The notes under the pieces were generated by a model that saw only the letters and a program-made list of their open reading frames with translations, was not told the origin of the DNA and made no database searches. A stretch of 64,000 nucleotides of DNA, taken from positions 9,419,812 through 9,483,811 of the forward strand of contig NC_092675.1 of NCBI RefSeq assembly GCF_964355755.1, in the 5' to 3' direction. Source of the DNA: Antedon mediterranea (Eukaryota > Animalia > Echinodermata). Made by a program: the position numbers and the translations under genes. Below, one piece after another: positions 1-9,400 of the stretch. How positions within the stretch are numbered: position 1 is the stretch's first letter; each line of letters starts with the position of its first letter.

Positions 1-1714
1 ATTTAATTTATTGGTATAATAATAACAGCATCACATTAAAAAATATATAACCATTTATTAGATACGCTGTAGATACTAGATACTACTGTATGTTTAGCAG
101 TAGAACAGTAGTTATAATATAAATTAATTAATTGTTGTTATTGTTGAATTGAGGGTAGGACGCTATTGGTTTCCTGAGTAGTACTTCTGCATCATTTGCC
201 ATTTTTATTTTCGTGTTTCTAGGATGTACGGTTTACGAGTTTTGAGGAATCAGACATTATCTGAGGTCAAAGGTCAAATTTTAAAAGTTGCGAATTTTTG
301 ATACAAGTTGCCATACCAAGTTTTATGCTTCTAACCAAATTTGAAATATTTTGGGTCTAAGAAGAGCCCAACTACAAGTAATGTAGAAATTAGTGAAGGT
401 AGACTTTCTGAAAACGGTGAATGTCCTCTCGTAGAAAGACGGTCTTTAGGCTTAGCCTAGCTATAGTCAGGTTCCTCATGTATGAAAATAGGGGTTCCGT
501 AGGATTTTAATGCCCAAAGTGAGATTTCACTTGATTTTACTTTATTTTGGTGCTAGGATACCAAAAATGCTAGGTAACAAATTTTCACGATCCCGTAACC
601 ATGGTAACAGCCCCAAATTCAAAATGGCGACCAAATGACCATATCTCCATATACTCTAGTAGCTAGATCAACTTTCGTATGCACTTTGAGGTCCAGAGAA
701 TTTGCCTTCAGAAATTGGTTTAGGGTGGTCAAACAATCATTTTTGGCTTGGTTACACATTTTGAAAATGTGGCGAAAGGTCAAAAGGTCAGGGTGAAAGG
801 TCATAAGACCAAACACCAATATGTCCTTAAATCTCAACAACCACTGGTCACAGCGAAGTAATTTTGGTCTCAAATTGATCAGAAGGTATACATTTATATT
901 CAGTCTAATGGGACATTTTAGTTTAAAATGACCGGAAATGCCATTTCTGACCTTTGACCCACAACCCAGGGCATGTATTTATCTTCGTAACTACTGGTCG
1001 TAGACACTTGAATTTGGTTTTAAATTGTTCGAAATATATATTTTGTTATTTGAAAAACATTTTTAAAAATGTTACAAAAGGTCAAAGGGTCAGGGTCAAG
1101 GGTTATATAAACAAATAAATAAAGGTACTTGTATCTCGGCAACCACTGGTCGCAGCAAGTCAATTTTGGTCTCAAAATGTTCAAAATGCATGCATTTATA
1201 TTCCGTCTAATGGGGAATTTTAGTAAAAAATTATCAGAAATGCCATTTCTGACCTTTGACCCACATACCAGGGCATCTTCATATCTCTGTAAGTACTGGT
1301 CGTAGAAACTTAAATTTGGTATAAAATTGTTCGAAATATACATAATTCATTGTAATAGAAAATGTGGTTAAAAGATGAACAGAAAATACTATTACTAATG
1401 TTTCAAACAAAAAACATATCTCTACACAACTTATCCGTAGACAGTAATGTTATGCAATATGATACTTTAAATTGTTTCAATTTCAAGTAGGCCTACTAGT
1501 TATTGCTGTCCACCAGAACATTTTGATATAAACGTCAAGCTCAACAGTTCTTTTCAGAATGCTAGAAGTATTAACTTGCCATGTGTATCCGATTAAACGC
1601 TGCGGGCATTTATTGTTCAAAAGGGTTTTTAGGGGGAGGGGAGGCATCTTTATTTGGGGTATAATATGGTAACATGTATAATCAAATAAATACCACCTAG
1701 ATGTAAAACAAGGC

Positions 1715-1808
1715 TGTAATGTTTTATCACTCTTCTATATTATACTTTATTCACATCGTCCATGTTGCACACGCTTCCCCTTACCTAGAGGGCGGCAACT
1801 ACATTACA
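1715..1808 (-). repeat. 3' LTR (94 bp)
   Basis: Base-for-base identical to 6316-6409. Confidence 0.96.
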
Positions 1809-1821
1809 TTCCCTCCTTACT
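1809..1821 (-). promoter_or_regulatory. Polypurine tract
   Basis: Minus strand AGTAAGGAGGGAA directly abuts the 3' LTR. Confidence 0.85.
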
Positions 1822-2206
1822 TTAGATAAGTTCTACAACTATCAAATACAACACTGAATATTAACTAACATTTTAACTATTAACTTTTATCATATTGACT
1901 AGCTTATTTAATTATTAATACTCTGATTGTTATGCTTCATATTAGTGTATATATTTTTTTTATAAGTAATTCTCCATCAATTGCATAGTGTCAATTATCA
2001 AGATATATTATTGTTTACTAATTAAATTCTCAGAAATGTTCAAATTGTCTTTTACTGTTTATCAATGTCTCTTGTCACAAATATAATCAATGTTCTTATC
2101 CAATAATTCGAAATCAATAACTTTGCTCAAAATCAAATTTAAATGTTCATCAAAATGTGAATCAACTCAACAATGTTCATATCCTTTGTTTCTATTATTT
2201 TCAAAC

Positions 2207-5200
2207 TTATTGGTCCAACACAAAATCATTATATCTTGCGGGCATTCGTCGATTCCTTTGCGGTCGTCTTGGTTCTTGTTGATCATTTACATCTTGGGGT
2301 CTTTCTACTACATCATCATCGACGTCTGACTCATAATCATTAAAAATGTTTATTTTCTTGAAATGAGAAATGTTCCTTCTAATTTTTATACCATTCCTAT
2401 CTGCAATTATAGCATTTCCTTTTCTCCAACTTACAATATACGGATCTGGGTCAAACGGGGTTGTTAACATATTCTTCTTTTGTTGCTTTACAAGCACTTT
2501 GTCTCCAACTTTCAAATCGCTTTCTTTTGTATGCAAATACATATCTCCGCTATCTTTCATTTTCTTCTTCTGTTCTTTATCTTTGTTCGCAACTTCTACA
2601 TCATTCTTCTCGTCTACTTTAGTCAGTGATGGAAAACATATTTTTATTTTTCTTCCATATAATAGTTCAGCTGGACTTTTCCTTGTGGTTGAATGTGGGG
2701 TTGCTCGATACTGCCTGAGGAATTCATATAACGCTTGATGCGGATTTCTTCCCTCAACACTTGCAGTTTGAAGAACTTTGGTTAATGTCCGATTGAATCT
2801 TTCAACTTCCCCATTTGCTCTCGGCCATAATGGAGTCGTTCTTCGATGTTTAAACCCTTGGTATGTTGCAAATTGCTCGAACTCATGACTGTTAAATGGA
2901 GGTCCATTATCTGACAATACTATATTAGGTATGCCATGTCTTGCGAATATCGCATCTAATTTCGGAATAGTTGCTTTCGCTGATGTCGACTGAACTATCT
3001 CGACTTCTGGAAATCTGCTATACATATCATATACAACAAGCAAATATTTTCCATTTGGCATTGGTCCTTTAAAATCAACTGCCACTTCAGTCCATGGTAA
3101 TGTTGGTAATTCTGTCATCTTCAATGGTTCTGGTTTCTCTGCATTCGTAGATACAGTCGCTTGACATGCTAGGCATTTTCTAACCTGTCGTTCTACCATT
3201 TTATCTATTCCAGGGAACCACACTTTTTCACGTATCAATGCTTTAGTCTTTACGATCCCTTGGTGTCCTACATGAGCCAATTCTACAGCTTTTCCTCTCA
3301 ATGTCTCTGGTAAAACTATCTGATGTCTTCGTAATATGATTTTATCTACTACTGCTATTTCATCTTTCACATTTTTAAATGGTTCCAACAAAGGATGTTT
3401 CCAATCTTTATCCTTTCCACTTTCAACAGCTTTCCTCAATTTCTTGAATGTTTCATCACGATCACTCTCTATTTCAATTTCTTGTTTGGTCATTGCCTTT
3501 GGAACACTGTTCTGCACAACATAGTTTACATAACTTCCTATCATATTAACATCTTGACTAACTTCTGTCTGTGTATCTGTTGAAGTAGGATGTCTGCTCA
3601 AGTAATCTGCAGGGTTGTCAATGCCTGGTCTATAGATCACTTCACAATCATATGGCATTAGTCGCAATCGCCATCTCTCAATCCTTGCGGACATCTGTTT
3701 TTGACTTTTGAAGATTCCTAGTAATGGCTTGTGATCCGTTGTTATCTTGAACTTTGCACCATATACGTACAAATGAAAATGTTCAGCACCGTATACAACA
3801 GCTAGCATTTCCCTCTCGGTTTGTGAGTATCTCGTTTCAACATCGGATAATGCTCTGCTTCCATATCCTATCACTTTACCATCTTGGCACATAATAGCTG
3901 ACAGGCCTACAGGGCTTGCATCTACTAGAATATTTGTTCTCTTGTTAATGTCAAAGTAAGTTATTACATCAGAACTAATTAAAGCTTTCTTTAGATCTTT
4001 AAATGATTGTTCTTCAACACCTGTCCATTTCCATTGGCTATTTTGATGAGTAAGCTCTCGCAATGGTGTTGTAATCGAAGCGTAATTGTAGATGAACCGT
4101 GACAAGTACTGAGCCATACCTAACAAGGACTTTACTTCACTTGCCGACTGTGGTCGTGGAGCATTCTTGAGACTTTCTATCTTCTGTGTATCAGCAGCTA
4201 ATCCGTCACTACTGAATGTATGTCCGTAAAACTTAACCTTTGGTTGAGCAAAACAACATTTCTCTTTATTTAAAGTTGCTCCACATTGCTTCAATCTTTC
4301 AAGAACTGCTTTAAGGTTTATGTCATGTTCTTGTTTTGTCCTTCCAAAAATAATTATGTCATCAGATATGTTTCTGCATCCATTTAACCCGCTCAATAAA
4401 TTTCTTACTGCAGCTGCAAATAATTCAGGGGCAGAATTCACGCCAAACATCAATCGTTTGTAACGAAACAAACCAACGTGTGTGCTAAACGTTGTAATAT
4501 ATCTGCTTTCAGGATGGAGTGAAAATTGATGATATCCAGATGACAAATCTAATGTGCTAAACACTGATGCACCATTCAAATCAGATACAATTTCATCTAA
4601 CGTTGGTATTGGGTGTTTTTCTCTCTTGATAGCTTGGTTCGCTTCACGCATATCAACGCATAAACGAACTCCATTTTTCTTCGGTACTACAACGATTGGA
4701 CTGACCCACGGTGTTGGTCCTTCAATTTTCTCTATGATGTCAAGTTCTGATAATCGCTTCAGCTCTCGATCAACATCAGCACGAACATGAAATGGTATTC
4801 TCCTGTGTTTTTGTTCCTTTGTTGGTACTGTTGTGTCGATGTGTAACTTGATCTCTACATCTTTGATTTTACCAATACCTCTAAAAAGTTCTGAGTAGTC
4901 ATTGATACATTGAGGAACACTATCTTCACTCTTACCAATTCCACACGCTAGTTTGACAAGCTCTAGTTCTTGAGATGTTTTCCATGATAACAAATTTCCT
5001 GTATTACCATGTACTATATAAAACTCAGTCTCTATACACTTCTGTGTGGATTCAATGGATATTTTGAGTTTAACAATTCCTACTACTTTCAGTGGATTTG
5101 CTTTTCCATATGCAAAGATTTCTGTTTTGTGTTTGTCAATTGTTGGCTTGGGTACTATCTTATCAAATGAAACACTATCCATCACGTTCACTGACGCTCC

Positions 5201-6208
5201 TGTGTCTACAAGTGCTCGCATCTGTACCTTGTTATTACAGTGGACTATCATATCACATGTTGGTAACTTTTTTGATGGTCCTGGGAGAACAAAAGCATAT
5301 TCTGGATCTGTTGCATAATCTGTATCTCCTGTTGCACCACTACTGCACACCTGTTCTTCCACTCTGCTAACTTGTTGTTTGCCTTTCGTGAAACAAACTC
5401 GTGCATAATGATCTTGTTTACCACATGAATTACAAATTTTACCTTTTGCTGGACACTCAGCCTCATGTGGGTATGCCAAACCGCATTTTCTACATGTTGA
5501 TGATTTTCCTGCTGGTTTTGACTTTTGTTTGTAAGTGGATTTATTATATTGACTTTGATTCTTTGTACCATTATATTTCTTTGAACGGCTACGATTTGTA
5601 AACTTCATCGCATTCACAGATTCTGTTGTCGCATTTACAGCTGATTGGGATGAATTTCCTTCAACCTCTGTTGCCCTTTTTTCTGACAACTCAACAGACC
5701 GTGCTAAATCAAGAATTTGTGTCAATGTTCTTTCCTTTTCTAGGATACGCCTTCTAAATCGGCTGTCTTTGCATCCTGAAATTATCTGTGTTTTAATTTC
5801 TCTGGTAATGTCATTGAAATTACACTTAACAGCCTGTAGACGCAGTCTACTACAGTACTGGTCTATTTTCTCACTAGGCTCCTGATTCATTCTCCGAAAA
5901 ATTATCGTTTCATAATCAATGTTACCTTTTGGGGTTAAATGTGTTGTCAAGGCTTCTTTGGCCTGTGTGTACGTACCACCATCACCACCAGTATCTTGAT
6001 CTGGCAGGGTGTCAAATTCATCTTGTAACTCTAACCCTCCATAGAATAACAACAGTGCTCTCTTTCGGGCATCATTTGTAATTCCAAAGCCTACCATGGC
6101 TCGCTCAAAACGCTTCAGCCACTTGGTCCACCTCGTCGCTCTGCTGGCGAGATCGGCGTGCACATCAAATGCAGGCAGGCTAGGCATATTACTATTCGCC
6201 GTAGCCAT
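2207..6208 (-). CDS. gag-pol: Gag-Pol polyprotein, 1333 aa (Gag, protease, RT, RNase H, integrase)
   Basis: Two zinc knuckles (CRKCGLAYPHEAEC, CNSCGKQDHYARVC), protease LVDTGAS, RT LDLSSGYHQ / LMFGV / ISDDII, RNase H VDASPVGL...YSQTERE...TDHKPL, integrase HVGHQG...CLAC, VDFKGP, SDNGPPF, NGEVERFN. Integrase after RNase H is the Gypsy order. Confidence 0.97.
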   Translation of the reverse strand: MATANSNMPSLPAFDVHADLASRATRWTKWLKRFERAMVGFGITNDARKRALLLFYGGLELQDEFDTLPDQDTGGDGGTYTQAKEALTTHLTPKGNIDYETIIFRRMNQEPSEKIDQYCSRLRLQAVKCNFNDITREIKTQIISGCKDSRFRRRILEKERTLTQILDLARSVELSEKRATEVEGNSSQSAVNATTESVNAMKFTNRSRSKKYNGTKNQSQYNKSTYKQKSKPAGKSSTCRKCGLAYPHEAECPAKGKICNSCGKQDHYARVCFTKGKQQVSRVEEQVCSSGATGDTDYATDPEYAFVLPGPSKKLPTCDMIVHCNNKVQMRALVDTGASVNVMDSVSFDKIVPKPTIDKHKTEIFAYGKANPLKVVGIVKLKISIESTQKCIETEFYIVHGNTGNLLSWKTSQELELVKLACGIGKSEDSVPQCINDYSELFRGIGKIKDVEIKLHIDTTVPTKEQKHRRIPFHVRADVDRELKRLSELDIIEKIEGPTPWVSPIVVVPKKNGVRLCVDMREANQAIKREKHPIPTLDEIVSDLNGASVFSTLDLSSGYHQFSLHPESRYITTFSTHVGLFRYKRLMFGVNSAPELFAAAVRNLLSGLNGCRNISDDIIIFGRTKQEHDINLKAVLERLKQCGATLNKEKCCFAQPKVKFYGHTFSSDGLAADTQKIESLKNAPRPQSASEVKSLLGMAQYLSRFIYNYASITTPLRELTHQNSQWKWTGVEEQSFKDLKKALISSDVITYFDINKRTNILVDASPVGLSAIMCQDGKVIGYGSRALSDVETRYSQTEREMLAVVYGAEHFHLYVYGAKFKITTDHKPLLGIFKSQKQMSARIERWRLRLMPYDCEVIYRPGIDNPADYLSRHPTSTDTQTEVSQDVNMIGSYVNYVVQNSVPKAMTKQEIEIESDRDETFKKLRKAVESGKDKDWKHPLLEPFKNVKDEIAVVDKIILRRHQIVLPETLRGKAVELAHVGHQGIVKTKALIREKVWFPGIDKMVERQVRKCLACQATVSTNAEKPEPLKMTELPTLPWTEVAVDFKGPMPNGKYLLVVYDMYSRFPEVEIVQSTSAKATIPKLDAIFARHGIPNIVLSDNGPPFNSHEFEQFATYQGFKHRRTTPLWPRANGEVERFNRTLTKVLQTASVEGRNPHQALYEFLRQYRATPHSTTRKSPAELLYGRKIKICFPSLTKVDEKNDVEVANKDKEQKKKMKDSGDMYLHTKESDLKVGDKVLVKQQKKNMLTTPFDPDPYIVSWRKGNAIIADRNGIKIRRNISHFKKINIFNDYESDVDDDVVERPQDVNDQQEPRRPQRNRRMPARYNDFVLDQ

Positions 6209-6299
6209 GGTGGTTATTCAAATGATATTTAACTTATATAAGACGGTATAGTTACGATTCTCATTTATCTAATTTATCTATCCTCATTTATTCACGTTT

Positions 6300-6312
6300 A
6301 TCCTCGTCGCCA
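6300..6312 (-). promoter_or_regulatory. Primer-binding site, probably tRNA-Ser(GCU)
   Basis: Minus strand TGGCGACGAGGAT, 3 nt after the 5' LTR, is complementary to the recalled metazoan tRNA-Ser(GCU) 3' end ...ATCCTCGTCGCCA. Confidence 0.8.
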
Positions 6313-6315
6313 AAT

Positions 6316-6409
6316 TGTAATGTTTTATCACTCTTCTATATTATACTTTATTCACATCGTCCATGTTGCACACGCTTCCCCTTACCTAGAGGGCGGCAAC
6401 TACATTACA
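6316..6409 (-). repeat. 5' LTR (94 bp)
   Basis: Identical to 1715-1808 and adjacent to the PBS. Confidence 0.96.
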
Positions 6410-9400
6410 AAGGCCAACAGCCATTAAGTCGCGTGCTACAATGCATAGTGATACCGGACCGACAGACAGACCGACAGAGAGACCGACCGACCGACATAGT
6501 GAACTATACTGACCGAAATTACTGAACATGTTTAAAAATGTTGAAATGTTTAAAAACATTTATTTTTTTTAAATTTACACGTGCGTAGCCTGTCACTTTC
6601 GACGTGCTCGTATAACGTAATTTCGAGTTGAAAAGTAAGTCAAGAAAACAGAAATCGGGCAAAAAGAGTGCGCAATAACATTTAACGCGCAGTGCGCGCG
6701 CAAAAATATGCGCACTCATGGCAATTTTGTAAACGCTTAAAATTGCCTGAAATGTACTCTTATTTCATCGAAAATAAATTTTGAAAATGTTAAGCGCGCG
6801 TACGCATGCGTTACATGCGCTACGCACGTAATTGTATTGCCATATGATGATTTATGCCCTGAAATTTATGAGTACCAAATTTTATTTAATTGTGATTCAT
6901 GGTTGTGAAGATATGATTACAAACGTGATTTCGTTAAATCGTGCGTAGACCGCGTAATTTTTATTGCGCACCGTGAAAACATAACCACATTGATTCCTGG
7001 CCATAAGGAATATACTGTGAAAAATTGACCTAGCTAGCTTAAACTGATATCAAGATAAGGTCAGAAAGCGATAAAACGCATAGTGATACCGGACCGACAG
7101 ACAGACAGACAGACCGACAGACAGACAGACAGACCGACCGACCGACATAGTGAACTATAGAGTCGCTTCCACGCGACTAAAAATACAGCACAATTAATAT
7201 AAAAAAATGATAACATTATGTCAAAATGCTTGGTAAATTGTAGATTATGGTAATTAATGAAATGTGTTGTGATACAATTATTTTGTAAATGCATGTGGCG
7301 GAGATGTTCTATTGGAGGGAATGGAGGCTTTTATTCAAAGCGGGTGTTAATTCGAATAAATACTCGAGCTCAACAGTTAAGAATGCTAGAAGTAACTTAC
7401 TATAGTTACCCGAATAAAAGGTCCGGGCATTTAGTTATTCAGGGAAGGCGTTTATTTTGTTTGGGTGTAATAATGGTAACATGTATAATCAAATAAATAC
7501 ACCCCAGATAAAAAAAAAAATTAATATAATAAGAATAATAACTGGATTAAACCTCATTCTATCCTGTTGCAAGTACAATCATGTAATAAAAGGTATCACA
7601 GACAACTATAATAGACCAATTCATTGTCATTATTCCGTAACACTGTTGCATAATATTTTTTAATGTTACCGACAAAACTTATACATAATATGTATAAGTT
7701 TTGTCGGTGTATATTATACACGTCTGTTCCCAGTGTAGATAATAAAACAATATATGTTTCTGGAGATTTATTATCAATACCTCTAGAAACTTTGACATGT
7801 TTTAGGTACTGAATTCATTGACAATAAAAGCATCAGAAGTTATCATGATAAAATCATACTACAACACTGTACTACAGTACACAAGGGTGTTTTCAGGAAA
7901 GCTGGACATATTGTACAATAGTAATGAAGCTATGTATTGGCATTTAAAAATATGCAAAAGATTGTTGTCAAATTGTAGTCACAAACAAACAGATGATAGA
8001 ATGAAGATCCATTATGAGTGCAATTGTGTCAGGATAATGATATGTCATTGTTTTATATCATTATACTGGCACCTGGAAGAGAAGATCCATTTAATGTTAT
8101 CTATGACAGTGTCACTTTTATTCTAAAAGACAGAAACATTTCGTTAAAAAGCATAAAGAAGAAAACGAATCATGTAAAGTACCTTTTATCAGTTGAGAAA
8201 CGAATTATAATTATTAAAATTAGAGTATTTATTCGAATTAACACCCGCTTTGAATAAAAGCCTCTCTCAAATAAACGCCACCATTCCCTCTAATAGAACA
8301 CCATGTGGAATACGCCCGCCACATGCATTTACACAATAATTGTATCACAACACATTACATTAACTACCATAATCTACAATTTACCAAGCATTTTTTTCAC
8401 TTTTTGATATTAATTGTGCTGTATTTTTTTTTACATCTAGGTGGTATTTATTTGATTATACATATTACCATATTATACCACAAATAAAGATGCCTCCCCT
8501 GCCCCTAAAAACCCCTTTGAACAATAAATGCCCGGGGAGTTTAATCGGATACACATGGCAAGTTACTTCTAGCATTCTGAAAAGAACTGTTGAGCTTGAC
8601 GTTTCTATCAAAATGTTCTTGGGGACAGCAATAACTAGTACTTGAAATTGAAACAATTTAAAGTATCAGTTATTGCATAACATTACTGTCTAAGGATAAG
8701 TTATGTAGAGATATGTTTTTTGTTTGAAACATTAGTAATAGTATTTCTGTTCATCTTTTAACCACATTTTTTATTACAATGAATGTAAATATGTATATTT
8801 CGAACAATTTGATACCAAATTTAAGTTTCTACGACCAGTACTTACAGAGATATGAAGATGCCATGATATAGGGGTCAAAGGTCAGAAATGGCATTTCTGA
8901 TAATTTTTGACTAAAATGTCCCATTACCGGTAGATTGAATATGAAAGCATGCCTTCTGAACATTTTGAGACTAAAATTGACTTGCTGCGACGAGTGGTTG
9001 CCGAGATACAAGTATCTATTTTTATTTGTTCATATAACTTTTGACCTTGACCCTTTGACCTTTTGTAACATTTTTTAAAATGTGCTACAAATAATAAATA
9101 TTTATTTCAAACAATTTAAGATCAAATTTAAGTGTCTACGATCAGTAGTTACGGAGATACATACATGCCCTGAGGTGTGGGTCAAAGGTCAGAAATGGCA
9201 TTTCCGGTCATTTTTGACTAAAATGTCCCATTAGACTGAATATAAATGTATACCTTCTAATCAATTTGAGACCAAAATTACTTCGCTGTGACCAGTGGTT
9301 GTTGAGATTTAAGGACATATTGGTGTTTGGTCTTATGACCTTTCACCCTGACCTTTTGACCTTTCGCCACATTTTCAAAATGTGTAACCAAGCCAAAAAT

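Larger units (their letters stand above)
1715..6409 (-). mobile_element. Full-length Ty3/Gypsy LTR retrotransposon, Mag-like
   Basis: Identical 94-bp LTRs (1715-1808, 6316-6409) with TGTAATGT...ACATTACA ends, 5-bp TSD AAGGC (1710-1714, 6410-6414), PBS, PPT and a single gag-pol ORF. Confidence 0.97.
1708..7180 (-). mobile_element. Helentron-type non-autonomous element (HINE/DINE-1-like), ~770 bp, split by the LTR element
   Basis: Absent from the mirror arm of B (A/T run at ~8424-8432). Subterminal inverted repeats AGTCGCGTG (6428-6436) / CACGCGACT (7170-7178), GACA/GACC microsatellites (6457-6495, 7092-7146), minus-strand 3' end GGCTGTTGGCC-TTGT-TT, inserted in a T-run with no TSD. Confidence 0.75.

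Noticed and set aside
619-873. Twin ORFs 619..873(-) and 9266..9613(+) with nearly the same peptide
   Set aside because: They are the two arms of the element B TIR, start at TTG and show no protein motif.
2090-5601. Small ORFs overlapping gag-pol
   Set aside because: Antisense or off-frame shadows of the real ORF.
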